Shown here: piece after piece, positions 9,736 through 18,774 of the stretch
Layout of the letters: each line of letters opens with the position of its first letter
Numbering within the stretch: the first letter of the stretch is position 1
Assembly (NCBI GenBank): GCA_028710695.1
Contig: JAQTTP010000001.1
Coordinates: 140,559 to 204,558 of the forward strand
Direction of reading: 5' to 3'
Source: Candidatus Iainarchaeum sp.
Lineage (GTDB): Archaea > Iainarchaeota > Iainarchaeia > Iainarchaeales > 0-14-0-20-30-16
Length of the DNA stretch: 64,000 nucleotides
Made by a program: the position numbers and the translations under genes
Notes under the pieces: generated by a model
The model's input: only the letters and a program-made list of their open reading frames with translations
Databases searched by the model: none
What the model was told of the DNA's origin: nothing

Positions 9736-10290
9736 TTAGAGGGCATTATGCCCTTTATCTTTTTTCATTCTATCCGCAACATTGTATCTCTCGTCATTAG
9801 GATAGAATGTGGCGTAATATTTCTGGAATAATCTTGATTTTGTAAACTTTCTTAAATTTGTGGAGATTGCTTTTATCATTTTTGGTATTGCATCGAATTT
9901 TGACAAGAACTTTACCATTTTGTCGCCTTTTATTGCTTCGTGTACAATTGCCTGGCCAACAAGGATCTTTTCTGTTTCTGCAAATATCAAGTAAGTTCTA
10001 TTTATTGCTCCAAAAATAAGCCCAAATGGAAATACAGCAAGGATATCTAACCAGTGATGTGTGAAGAAGAACCTTACATTTTTTGACCTTTTGTAAATTA
10101 TGATTAAATCAGTTCCAAATACTACAATAACTAATATGTCAATAATTTCAAATACAAGTTGCATACCGGGGAGTTTTGTATTACCAAAGATACTATAAAA
10201 TATTACAAAAATAAGTAGAACAAGAACAAGTGGCATGATTCTGCTGTTTATTCTGTCAACTTTTTTTAAGAAGGGGCTAAGTTCTCCCAT
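9736..10290 (-). CDS. hypothetical membrane protein
   Basis: 184 aa with several hydrophobic helices; no motif recognised. Confidence 0.4.
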   Translation of the reverse strand: MGELSPFLKKVDRINSRIMPLVLVLLIFVIFYSIFGNTKLPGMQLVFEIIDILVIVVFGTDLIIIYKRSKNVRFFFTHHWLDILAVFPFGLIFGAINRTYLIFAETEKILVGQAIVHEAIKGDKMVKFLSKFDAIPKMIKAISTNLRKFTKSRLFQKYYATFYPNDERYNVADRMKKDKGHNAL

Positions 10291-10416
10291 ATTTATAATA
10301 AAACAAACCTATTTAAGTGATTTTCTATTTATAAACGAGATCCGGCTAGTTTTTTAAGATAATAGCCCCTTATTTTTATAGAATAAATGGTATAAAGGGT
10401 GGAGGAGGGGTAAAAG

Positions 10417-10575
10417 ATGCCAGTAAATTATTCTATTGCAAGCGGGCCGGGTGCCTGCACATGTGGTGGTTGTGTTCATTATAAGCCATTTCCAGATAAT
10501 CCAAAGAAAGGAAAATGCTTTAGTAGCGAAGTAGAATGCTCTGGGCATTGTAAGTTCTTTAGATATAAAAGGTAG
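10417..10575 (+). CDS. 52-aa cysteine-rich small protein
   Basis: GGAGGAGGGG RBS 6 nt upstream of ATG 10417. MPVNYSIASGPGACTCGGCVHYKPFPDNPKKGKCFSSEVECSGHCKFFRYKR has 7 Cys and 2 His. The track gives an opposite-strand ORF here, which I judge spurious. Confidence 0.4.
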   Translation: MPVNYSIASGPGACTCGGCVHYKPFPDNPKKGKCFSSEVECSGHCKFFRYKR

Positions 10576-10589
10576 ATTCCCGCCTTTTT

Positions 10590-11393
10590 TTATTTTTTTG
10601 CTAAATAAATCGGAAAAATAAAATCAAGTAGGTAACCTGTTTTTGTTATCTTAATGTTTTTTGGTTGTACTTTTGATTTTAAAATTATCTTTTGTATTTT
10701 TTCTATTTCTATCTTTGTGAAATCATATCTTTCTATGTGTTCTTTTTCTGTTAGTTTCATATTATTTGACTTGCCAATAAGTTTTAATTCTTTAAAGCCA
10801 GCTTTTGAATATAATTCTGAAATACTTTCTTTGGATTGAAAATGCCTTTTGCCTATTAGCTTGTTTGAAGCATAAATTTTATCTGCTAAATCTCTGTCTT
10901 TATTTGTTGGCATTGCTGCACAACAATTTATGAACAGACCAGATTCTGTTAAATGTTTTTTAATGTTTTTTAGCGCCTTGACCTGTAATTTTTCTTTGTA
11001 AATATAATCCAAAGAGGAACGCATAATAATTAAATCAAACTTTGTGCATAGATCACAAGTTAGAATGTCTGCAAGAACTTTTTTTGTTTTTGGATTTTTA
11101 TTTTCATCTAATTGTTTTTGTGAAATGTCTAATAAGGTAAGTTCTGACTTTATGTTATGTTTTTTGAGAGAAAGAATTAGTTTTTCTCCTAGGAGACCAT
11201 TACCGCCTGCAACATAAAGGATTTCAATTTTCTTTTTGTTTAATTTTTTTATGTGTGGTAGGCAAGCTTTAATAAAAAGATTAATATTTGTTGTATCTGA
11301 AAAATAAGAATTATAAGTTTTATTCCAATTCTTTCCAAGAACATTTTTGTCAGTTTCTAAATTATTCTTGGAAATCTTTGTTATTTTTTGCAT
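10590..11393 (-). CDS. SAM-dependent methyltransferase-like protein
   Basis: EILYVAGGNGLLGEKL..LLDIS glycine-rich motif I-like segment. Confidence 0.45.
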   Translation of the reverse strand: MQKITKISKNNLETDKNVLGKNWNKTYNSYFSDTTNINLFIKACLPHIKKLNKKKIEILYVAGGNGLLGEKLILSLKKHNIKSELTLLDISQKQLDENKNPKTKKVLADILTCDLCTKFDLIIMRSSLDYIYKEKLQVKALKNIKKHLTESGLFINCCAAMPTNKDRDLADKIYASNKLIGKRHFQSKESISELYSKAGFKELKLIGKSNNMKLTEKEHIERYDFTKIEIEKIQKIILKSKVQPKNIKITKTGYLLDFIFPIYLAKK

Positions 11394-11926
11394 TAAAATC
11401 TTCCTTTAGTCCAAAATTCTTTTGGTAATTTTAATAATATTTTTCTTAGAACTATATAATCAATGTCTTTTTTTATTACTTCAATAACTTGTTTATCGCG
11501 CAAAACTTTTTCACTTGTTCTATTTGTATCTATTATGGTTTGCAATTTTGTAATATACAATGCTTCTGTGTTCAAACAATTTAAATAAATCTTTTTATAT
11601 TTTATTTTTTTTGTTTGCTTGAGAAATATTTTTGTTCCGAGTAAAGATGTATGTACATCGAAAGTAGTATTATTTTTACTTAATCTTACATAATTATGTT
11701 CTGAATTTTTGTTATTGCTCTGAAAATCTATTTTCCAATTTTTGTTTTTGAACTGATCTTTTATTTTGTTTAATAATTCTTTATTTTTTACATAGATGTC
11801 TATATCTGCAGAAGTTTCTAAACCAGTTGCCAGATGACTACAAAAACCGCCGAATATAACATAATCATCAATGTTATCTAATGCTTGTGTAATTTCATCC
11901 ATTTCTTTTGTAATTCTAGAATCCAT
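11393..11926 (-). CDS. nucleotidyltransferase-fold protein (hypothetical)
   Basis: The ORF-track N-terminus runs through the tRNA-Thr gene, so the start was reset to ATG 11926 (MDSRITKE..). GGFCSHLATG...DIDIY is reminiscent of a Pol-beta NTase. Confidence 0.4.
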   Translation of the reverse strand: MDSRITKEMDEITQALDNIDDYVIFGGFCSHLATGLETSADIDIYVKNKELLNKIKDQFKNKNWKIDFQSNNKNSEHNYVRLSKNNTTFDVHTSLLGTKIFLKQTKKIKYKKIYLNCLNTEALYITKLQTIIDTNRTSEKVLRDKQVIEVIKKDIDYIVLRKILLKLPKEFWTKGRF

Positions 11927-11927
11927 A

Positions 11928-12000
<73 letters not shown>

Positions 12001-12120
12001 CTATGCCTTTCTTTTTCCAAAAAAGAAAGCCGTAAGTTCCCACAAAGAAAAAGGAACAAACTATATTTTATAATGACAAAAAATTTATATTACAAAGGTT
12101 TTATTCTTATGTGATAAGGT

Positions 12121-12549
12121 ATGAATAAACAATTTAGAATCTATAAATCTAATTCTCAAAAGAATGGAACTGCGATGTCAGTAGATATAAACAAAGAAAA
12201 GCAAAGCATTTTCTTGGAGTTTGCAAAGCAGAAACCAGATGACACGTTTGATTGGGAAAAGAAGCTTACAATAAAATTATCTTTGAGCGAACTTGCAAAA
12301 GTTTGTGTGTTTTATAGAAATAAAACCGCAGAAGTAACGTTTTTTCATGATCCTTCTAAAGGAGAATATAAGGCCAGTTTTAAGAACGCTGTTTTGAAAG
12401 TATCACGCGGAACTAATAATTATTATTTAAAGTTAAATCAACAGGAATTGGACGGAAACCTGAATTCAATTTTGGTTAATGTAACAGAAGAAGAAATGTA
12501 TTCTTTGTGTTTGATATTTGATAGAATGATTCAAGATAGTTATCTTTAG
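12121..12549 (+). CDS. hypothetical protein
   Basis: 142-aa ORF with no motif recognised. Confidence 0.4.
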   Translation: MNKQFRIYKSNSQKNGTAMSVDINKEKQSIFLEFAKQKPDDTFDWEKKLTIKLSLSELAKVCVFYRNKTAEVTFFHDPSKGEYKASFKNAVLKVSRGTNNYYLKLNQQELDGNLNSILVNVTEEEMYSLCLIFDRMIQDSYL

Positions 12550-12558
12550 GTGAATAAA

Positions 12559-12873
12559 ATGAAAAAGTTGAAAGTGCAAAAAGAGTTTATGGATTTTTTA
12601 AAAGAGTATAAAATAGTTGCTTTGGCAATTGCGTTTATTATGGGTGCTGCAGCAACTACTCTGATAAAATCTTTAGTTGACAACATAATAATGCCCATAA
12701 TAACTGTGTTTATTCCAAGTGGTTCTTGGAAAACAGCAACATATAGTTTGGGGTCAATAGCGATTGGTTGGGGCAGCTTTTTGAGCGAGTTAATAAGTTT
12801 TTTTATAATAGCAGTTGTAGTTTTTATTGTTGTAAAAAAAGTTATGAAAGATGACAAAATCACAAAAGAATAA
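12559..12873 (+). CDS. mscL: large-conductance mechanosensitive channel
   Basis: EFMDFLKEYKIVALAIAFIMGAAATTLIKSLVDNIIMPII aligns with the MscL N-terminus and TM1 ([39 protein letters not shown]). AGGTG RBS before ATG 12559. Confidence 0.8.
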   Translation: MKKLKVQKEFMDFLKEYKIVALAIAFIMGAAATTLIKSLVDNIIMPIITVFIPSGSWKTATYSLGSIAIGWGSFLSELISFFIIAVVVFIVVKKVMKDDKITKE

Positions 12874-12913
12874 GTTCATTCTGGAATATCCCAAATCTTT
12901 GATTTGTGGATAT

Positions 12914-12944
12914 GGTCTGTTTTTGGCAGACCGTGCCTTTTTTC
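12914..12944. terminator. hairpin plus T-run between mscL and tRNA-Phe (possible bidirectional terminator)
   Basis: GGTCTG-tttttgg-CAGACC stem-loop followed by TTTTTT; the opposite strand shows a T-run right after the tRNA 3' end. Confidence 0.3.
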
Positions 12945-12957
12945 TAAAAAGGCTGGA

Positions 12958-13031
12958 TGGGAAGAGAGGGATTTGAACCCTCGACACTTAGGTCTTCAGC
13001 CTAATGCTCTTCCGGACTGAGCTACCTTCCC
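12958..13031 (-). tRNA. tRNA-Phe (anticodon GAA)
   Basis: Reverse complement GGGAAGG-TA-GCTC-AGTCCGGAA-GAGC-A-TTAGG-CTGAAGA-CCTAA-GTGTC-GAGGG-TTCAAAT-CCCTC-TCTTCCC-A; canonical cloverleaf. Confidence 0.8.
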
Positions 13032-13145
13032 ACGATCCTTTTTTCTTTTTAAAAAGAAAAAAGCCTACGTTTGCCAAAAAAGAAAATGGCTTCGCGTAAA
13101 ACGAAAATAAGTAAGAATAACTAATGCTATTCTGTGTTTATTGGA

Positions 13146-13787
13146 TTAGTTTGCTTTGAATAATTTGTCCTGCATTTTCTTTACTTCTTCTTGTGAAAGC
13201 CTTTTGTGTATCTCTGCAACATACTTCTGTATTAATGCAGATAAATCCATGATTCCGTCTTGTAGCTCGTACATTGAAATATCATACTTTTCAGGAGCAA
13301 TTACCTCTACACTTGTTGGTGTGTAGAAACTAACAAAATAAATTAATGTAGAAAAACTTTTTAAAGAAAGTGTTGCATCTATGTAGCCGAAAAACATATT
13401 GTCTTGCTCTAAAATTTCGGAAATTTTTGAATCATAAATAGTGAAATCCTTTTCATTTGTCATCATTTTTTCGATTTTTTCAAGATTCACTCTTACTAGG
13501 TCTTTGTCAATTCCTTGCAATTCGATAATTGCTCTTACTTTTAGTTTATAAGAATCATTCTCAGAGATTTGCTTCCTTTTCTTAACTGTTTCAATAATGT
13601 AATCGTCTAAAGTGTACTTTGTTGGGAACCCATCTTGCTTTTTTATTAAGCCTTGTTTTAGCATGTTATTTAGCTCTTTTGTTACCTGTGCATAGCCAAT
13701 ATCTAGCTGTTTGTTTATATCTTCTGCAGTTTTTGGTTCTGTAAGCAATAAAACAGCGATTTTTCTCTGCATTTCGGGAATTCTCAT
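13146..13787 (-). CDS. winged-helix DNA-binding protein (putative transcriptional regulator)
   Basis: N-terminal wHTH-like segment (KIAVLLLTEPKTAEDINKQLDIGYAQVTKELNNMLKQGLI); divergent from the pilin genes. Confidence 0.45.
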   Translation of the reverse strand: MRIPEMQRKIAVLLLTEPKTAEDINKQLDIGYAQVTKELNNMLKQGLIKKQDGFPTKYTLDDYIIETVKKRKQISENDSYKLKVRAIIELQGIDKDLVRVNLEKIEKMMTNEKDFTIYDSKISEILEQDNMFFGYIDATLSLKSFSTLIYFVSFYTPTSVEVIAPEKYDISMYELQDGIMDLSALIQKYVAEIHKRLSQEEVKKMQDKLFKAN

Positions 13788-13888
13788 AAAATATCACTAG
13801 AAAACTATAGATATTAGGGAGGAGTTACTTTTTTAAATAAGAATGGTTTATTATATATGACTCTTATATGACTTTGGAGGTTATAATT

Positions 13889-14389
13889 ATGATTGGACAA
13901 AGAGGACAAGCGTTTAGTGTATTTAAGATTTTGATTGCAGCAATTGTTGCACTAGCTATTTTGGGATTATTATTGAACATTATGGGATTAATTAGCTTTA
14001 ACCCTGCAAACGAGCCAGAAACAGCAGTAAAGGACTTAGTTAAGAAGGCTTATAGTAGCCCATATGCTCCAGCATCAAGTGTTGTAACTTTTAGTTATCC
14101 TGATCACTATCAGATAACAAAAGCACAAATAAAAGAAGCAGCATCATTAACTGATGAACAAATTGTATTTGTATCTCCTAATTCACAATCAATATCAGCA
14201 CTATTTAGTGCAGAAGATTTTTCTTTAAAATTGGAAAATAGTGTAAAGAGTAAAGAAGCGCTTCTTTATGTGATTTGTGGTGCTAACCCAAATGATATTT
14301 CACAGAGTGTTCCAGAAGTGTTTGGAAACTTGTCTGCACAAGATATTGGGGACGTAGTTTGTTATATCACAGTTGGCCCTAAGAAGTAA
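13889..14389 (+). CDS. archaeal type IV pilin-like protein (class III signal peptide)
   Basis: GGAGG RBS 8 nt before ATG 13889. MIGQRG|QAFSVFKILIAAIVALAILGLLL is a KG/RG-Q prepilin peptidase site followed by a hydrophobic stretch. Confidence 0.65.
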   Translation: MIGQRGQAFSVFKILIAAIVALAILGLLLNIMGLISFNPANEPETAVKDLVKKAYSSPYAPASSVVTFSYPDHYQITKAQIKEAASLTDEQIVFVSPNSQSISALFSAEDFSLKLENSVKSKEALLYVICGANPNDISQSVPEVFGNLSAQDIGDVVCYITVGPKK

Positions 14390-14399
14390 GTGATCAAAA

Positions 14400-14591
14400 A
14401 TGTTTGAGAATATAAAGGGGTTCCTAAAAGAAAAGAAAGGGCAGAGTGAGTGGAACACCCTTTATATTGTCCTAATTCTAGCAATCGCAGCAGTTGTGCT
14501 AATTGCTGTTGTAAAACCCATGTTTAAAGGCACTACAAAGGTGGCAAGCAGCCAGCCAGTAGCGGGGACTCCTGCAGCGCCAACTAGCTAG
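14400..14591 (+). CDS. small archaeal pilin-like protein (class III signal peptide)
   Basis: KEKKG|QSEWNTLYIVLILAIAAVVLIAVV; 63 aa. Confidence 0.55.
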   Translation: MFENIKGFLKEKKGQSEWNTLYIVLILAIAAVVLIAVVKPMFKGTTKVASSQPVAGTPAAPTS

Positions 14592-14688
14592 ACACACTAA
14601 CCTATTAGTTTATAAACGCCTACTTATACATATATAATTATAAGTACAAATTGTATTATTTTTAAAAAATAAATTCGGGGGTTGGTAC

Positions 14689-15399
14689 ATGTATACTACT
14701 TCTAAAGCTCCAGCAATGGCATATGATAGAGCAATAACTGTTTTCAGTCCAGAAGGAAAACTTTATCAGGTTGAATATGCAACAAAAATAATCGATAAAG
14801 GGACTCCAGCTTTGGCTGTAAAATACAAGGAAGGAATAGTATTTTTGGCAGATTTGAACTTCGAGTCAAAACTGCTAGTTTCGGATACTTTGGAGAAAGT
14901 ATTCAAGGTAGATGACCAAATATACCTTATCTCAGCAGGAATGGCTGGAGATGCAAGGAGAATAGTGGAATTCGCTAGAGAAATGATCCAAGAAAATAGG
15001 ATAATATACGGTGAGCCATTAGAAGTGCCATATTTAGCAAAGAAAATAGGAAGTATAAAGCAAGCATTCACTCAGTATGGGGGGATGAGGCCTTACGGAG
15101 TTTCATTCATAATTGTTGGAAAGGATGAAGATTTCCATATTTATGAGACAGAGCCTTCCGGGTCAGTTGCAGAATACAAAGCATTAGCAATTGGAAGAAG
15201 TAGACAAAAAGCAATGTCTTTTTTTGAAAAGAATTACAAGGAAAATATTTCAGAAAAAGATGCAGTAAAATTATGCTTAAATGCATTGAAGCAAATTTAT
15301 GACAAGGAAAAAATGGAATTGTCAAAAGTAAAAGTGGGAATCATAGACGACAAAAAATCAAGGGTTTACAACCTTGAAGAATATTTGTCTAAAAACTGA
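14689..15399 (+). CDS. psmA: proteasome alpha subunit
   Basis: MAYDRAITVFSPEGKLYQVEYA N-terminal signature; 236 aa. Confidence 0.9.
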   Translation: MYTTSKAPAMAYDRAITVFSPEGKLYQVEYATKIIDKGTPALAVKYKEGIVFLADLNFESKLLVSDTLEKVFKVDDQIYLISAGMAGDARRIVEFAREMIQENRIIYGEPLEVPYLAKKIGSIKQAFTQYGGMRPYGVSFIIVGKDEDFHIYETEPSGSVAEYKALAIGRSRQKAMSFFEKNYKENISEKDAVKLCLNALKQIYDKEKMELSKVKVGIIDDKKSRVYNLEEYLSKN

Positions 15400-15408
15400 G
15401 GGTTTTAG

Positions 15409-16095
15409 ATGGTCACAGTAGATAAGGCTATAGTTGCAAGCCATGATAAAAATGGAAAACATTTTGAAATATTAGTGGATGCTGATTTAGCATTAGAAGT
15501 AAGAGAAGGAAAGCAAATAGAACAGGTGTTTGGAAACCTGTTGGCATCAGATGATGTTTATAAAGATGCGGGCAAGGGAGAAAGAGTGCCTTCAAAAGAT
15601 TTGTTAGATGCTTTTAATACTGAAGAAATGCTTCCAATAGCAAAAGAAATAATTCTTGATGGAAGAGTGGAATTAACAACAGAACAGAAAAGGAAAAAAT
15701 TAGAACAAAAGAGAAAAGAAATAATATTGTATATTTCTAAAAATGCAATTAATCCTTTGACAAAAACACCACATCCACCACAAAGAATTGAGCTTGCAAT
15801 TGACCAGGCAAGGGTTACAATAGATCCAACAAAACCAGTAAAAGCACAGATCGATAAAATAATAGAAAAGATAAAACCTATTTTGCCGCTATCTTTTGAC
15901 CAGGACGTACTTAGTATGAAAATACCAATAAGTTTTGCAAACAAAGTTCTTGGTTTTTTAAGCAAGTATGAAGTTGTAGAAAAAAAATGGAATAGTGATG
16001 GATTAAATATCAAAATAAAGATAAGTAGTGGCCTTAAACAAGAAGTAACAAATAATGTATATGCGGCTACTTCTGGAAAAGTAATGTTTGAATAA
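15409..16095 (+). CDS. sdo1: ribosome maturation protein Sdo1/SBDS
   Basis: About 228 aa; sits between psmA and rrp4 as in the archaeal superoperon; N-terminal FYSH-like region. Confidence 0.75.
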   Translation: MVTVDKAIVASHDKNGKHFEILVDADLALEVREGKQIEQVFGNLLASDDVYKDAGKGERVPSKDLLDAFNTEEMLPIAKEIILDGRVELTTEQKRKKLEQKRKEIILYISKNAINPLTKTPHPPQRIELAIDQARVTIDPTKPVKAQIDKIIEKIKPILPLSFDQDVLSMKIPISFANKVLGFLSKYEVVEKKWNSDGLNIKIKISSGLKQEVTNNVYAATSGKVMFE

Positions 16096-16111
16096 AAGTG
16101 TGGTGTATATT

Positions 16112-16717
16112 ATGAAAGAAATAATTTTTCCCGGGGATGTTATTAACGAAAATCTCAAACCTGGATTTGGAACCTATAAAAAAGATGGGAAAGTTTATTC
16201 CAAGTATTTAGGAATTTTGTATAAAGACGATGGAATAAAAGTAATCCCAATAACTGGAAAATATATTCCAAAAGAAAGTGACAATATAATTGGTGTTGTT
16301 TTAGAAGAAGATAATTTTGTGTATTTATTGGACATAAACAGCTACAAACAAGGTGTTTTGTTTAAGAGAGCAAATAGTGCAAAATTATATGATGTTTATT
16401 TGATGAGAGTAAACGGTGTAAACGAAGTTAGAGACGTTGAATTAGAAGTAATTAGTAAATTAGCAAATGGAGAAGCAGTAAAAGTAAATCCAAAAAAAGT
16501 TGCAAGACTTATTGGAAAAAATAAATCTATGCAAACTTTGATAGAAACAAAAACAAATACAAAAATCATAATTGGATTAAATGGAATTGTTTATGTAATT
16601 GGAAATAATATAGAAAAAGTGAAAGAGATAATAAAATTTATTGAAGATTACAGTCATGAGGATAATTTGACTAATAAGGTAAGTGAAGTTTTAGATAAAA
16701 TGAATGTTAAAAAATAA
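16112..16717 (+). CDS. rrp4: exosome complex RNA-binding protein Rrp4 (S1 + KH)
   Basis: S1 domain (IIGVVLEEDNFVYLLDI) and C-terminal KH (IIIGLNGIVYV); start at ATG 16112. Confidence 0.8.
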   Translation: MKEIIFPGDVINENLKPGFGTYKKDGKVYSKYLGILYKDDGIKVIPITGKYIPKESDNIIGVVLEEDNFVYLLDINSYKQGVLFKRANSAKLYDVYLMRVNGVNEVRDVELEVISKLANGEAVKVNPKKVARLIGKNKSMQTLIETKTNTKIIIGLNGIVYVIGNNIEKVKEIIKFIEDYSHEDNLTNKVSEVLDKMNVKK

Positions 16718-16727
16718 AGGTGTATAT

Positions 16728-17426
16728 ATGGTGAAGAAGAGAGTTGACGGACGAGAAATGAATGAGTTAAGACCAATAAAAATTGTTCCCTCAGTAATTG
16801 AGAGAGCAGATGGCTCCGCATATTTAGAGTGGGGTCAAAATAAAATGATTGTGGCAGTATATGGCCCAAAAGAAATGCTTCCAAAGCATTTAGCAGATTC
16901 ACAAAGAGGAAAAATAAATTTTATCTACAGAATGGCGCCATTTTCAGTGCCAGAAAGAAAGAATCCTAAGCCAGGAAGGCGAGATATAGAAATTTCAAAA
17001 GTTGTTGGAGAGGCTTTGTCTCACGCAGTTTTATTAGAAGAATTCCCTGGAATGGTAATAGATGTTTATGTTCAAATATTGGACAGTAACGCAGGAACAA
17101 GAGTTGCTGCTTTAACAGCTTCTTCAGTTGCTTTAGCTGATGCAGGAATTCCAATGAAAGATTTAGTTACTGCGGTTGCAGTTGGAAAAGCAAACGGAAA
17201 CATAATTGCAGACTTAAATAAATACGAAGAAGATGCAGAAGATGCGGTAGATATGGCATTTGCAATGCTTCCTGGGAGTGAAGAGATTGTATTGCTTCAG
17301 GCAGATGGGATCCTAAGCGAGGACGAATTTGACAAGGCAATAAAAATAGCAAAGGAAAAATGCCAAGAAGTAAAAAAACTGCAAATTGAGGCTTTAAAGT
17401 CAAAATTTAAGGCTTTAAAGGAGTGA
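16728..17426 (+). CDS. rrp41: exosome complex exonuclease Rrp41 (RNase PH-like)
   Basis: GREMNELRPIKI..ADGSAYLEWGQNKMIVAVYGP RNase PH motifs. AGGTG RBS before ATG 16728. Confidence 0.85.
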   Translation: MVKKRVDGREMNELRPIKIVPSVIERADGSAYLEWGQNKMIVAVYGPKEMLPKHLADSQRGKINFIYRMAPFSVPERKNPKPGRRDIEISKVVGEALSHAVLLEEFPGMVIDVYVQILDSNAGTRVAALTASSVALADAGIPMKDLVTAVAVGKANGNIIADLNKYEEDAEDAVDMAFAMLPGSEEIVLLQADGILSEDEFDKAIKIAKEKCQEVKKLQIEALKSKFKALKE

Positions 17427-17431
17427 TATAG

Positions 17432-18217
17432 ATGATAGACTATTCTTATGATATTGAAATGGTAAAAGGAAGAATCGAAAAAGGAATAAGAACAAACAAT
17501 AGAAAAGATGATGAATACAGAGAAATAAAGATTGAGACTGGAATATTGAAAAATGCAGCAGGATCGGCAAAAGTAACTTTAGGAAAGACAATGATCTATG
17601 CTGGAACTAAGTTGGAAATAGGCACACCTTATCCTGATACCCCTGAAGAAGGTGGAATCACAGTTGGTGTAGAATTGAGCCCAATTGGTGCTCCAGAGTT
17701 TTATGCTGGTCCTCCAAGCGAAACATCAATTGAATTATCAAGAGTTGTTGATAGGGGTATAAGAGAAGCAAAAACAATAGATTTCAAGAAGCTTTTGCTT
17801 GTTCCCAAGGAGAAAGCTTGGTTTGTATATGTAGATATTTATGTTATGAACCACGATGGGAATTTGTTCGACGCATGCCAAATAGCAGCAATGGCGGCTT
17901 TGAAAACAACAAAAATACCAAAAATAGATGAAGATTTTAACCAAATTAAAGGGGAATATGCAGGAAATTTGAAGCTAGAAAAGCTGCCTGTGCTTAACAC
18001 ATATTCAAAGATAAGTAATAAAATAATTTTGGACCCTGATTTAAATGAAGATTATGCAACAGAGGCAAGATTATCTATTGCTATAGATGATAATTTGAAC
18101 ATTTGTGCATTACAAAAAGGTGAAAAAGGGTTCTTCACACAAGAAGAATTGAAAGAGATAATAAAAACATCAAAGAAGAAGTATAAAGAAATGAGGAAAA
18201 TTTTTGAAAAGTTATAA
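17432..18217 (+). CDS. rrp42: exosome complex component Rrp42
   Basis: Second RNase-PH-like subunit, 261 aa, directly after rrp41. Confidence 0.8.
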   Translation: MIDYSYDIEMVKGRIEKGIRTNNRKDDEYREIKIETGILKNAAGSAKVTLGKTMIYAGTKLEIGTPYPDTPEEGGITVGVELSPIGAPEFYAGPPSETSIELSRVVDRGIREAKTIDFKKLLLVPKEKAWFVYVDIYVMNHDGNLFDACQIAAMAALKTTKIPKIDEDFNQIKGEYAGNLKLEKLPVLNTYSKISNKIILDPDLNEDYATEARLSIAIDDNLNICALQKGEKGFFTQEELKEIIKTSKKKYKEMRKIFEKL

Positions 18218-18228
18218 AAGGTGAAAAC

Positions 18229-18615
18229 ATGACAATATCATCCGGATTTGGATCAAAATATGGAAGAAAAATAAGAAGAAAATACGATAATGTTACACAA
18301 GGCTATAAATTCAAGAAACTAGTTTGTCCTTTTTGTGGAATGAAGAAAGTGACAAGAGAAGCTTCAGGGATATATGAATGCCTTTACTGTAAAAAGAAAT
18401 TTGCTGGTGGAGCATACGAAGTTGAAACAAGAATAGGAAAAACAATAAGAAGCTCAATGGCAAAGAAAAATGTGAAAGAATTAGAAGTATTTTTGGAAGA
18501 AGAAACAAAGATAGAAGATAAAGGCGAAAAAGAAGAAAAGGCTGAAAAAGAGGAAAAAGTAGACAAAAAAGAAAAAAAGCAAAAAAAAGAAAAAGCTAAA
18601 GAGAGTGAGGAATAA
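18229..18615 (+). CDS. rpl37ae: ribosomal protein L37Ae with K/E-rich C-terminal extension
   Basis: Zn ribbon CPFCG...CLYCKKKF; position in the superoperon. Confidence 0.85.
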   Translation: MTISSGFGSKYGRKIRRKYDNVTQGYKFKKLVCPFCGMKKVTREASGIYECLYCKKKFAGGAYEVETRIGKTIRSSMAKKNVKELEVFLEEETKIEDKGEKEEKAEKEEKVDKKEKKQKKEKAKESEE

Positions 18616-18752
18616 TGGTTGTCTATAAATGCATAAGATGCGGGGCAGAATTCGAGTCTTTAATAGATGGTGAAGTAAGATGCCCACAATGCGCCTTTAG
18701 AGTTATAGAGAAAAAGAGACAAAGATTTGCAAAGTCTGTAAAAGCAATATAA
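18615..18752 (+). CDS. rpoP: DNA-directed RNA polymerase subunit P (Rpb12/RpoP)
   Basis: 45-aa ORF MVVYKCIRCGAEFESLIDGEVRCPQCAFRVIEKKRQRFAKSVKAI with CxxC..CxxC. Its ATG overlaps the rpl37ae stop by 1 nt. Absent from the ORF track (<60 aa). Confidence 0.75.
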   Translation: MVVYKCIRCGAEFESLIDGEVRCPQCAFRVIEKKRQRFAKSVKAI

Positions 18753-18774
18753 CTCTCTTTTTTTATTGATTTTT

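Noticed and set aside
10354-10548. 64-aa minus-strand ORF from the six-frame track
   Set aside because: It is the antisense shadow of the plus-strand Cys-rich mini-ORF, which has a strong GGAGG RBS and ATG; the minus-strand ORF has no RBS and a low-complexity hydrophobic sequence.
12790-12987. 65-aa minus-strand ORF
   Set aside because: It overlaps the well-formed tRNA-Phe gene and the mscL 3' end; the sequence is an Asn/Tyr-rich AT-codon artefact.
18480-18610. Possible tandem DNA repeat in the GAAAAAGAAGAAAAG... tract
   Set aside because: It is in-frame coding for the lysine/glutamate-rich C-terminal tail of L37ae. It is not a CRISPR, minisatellite or mobile-element repeat; no spacer-repeat periodicity is present.
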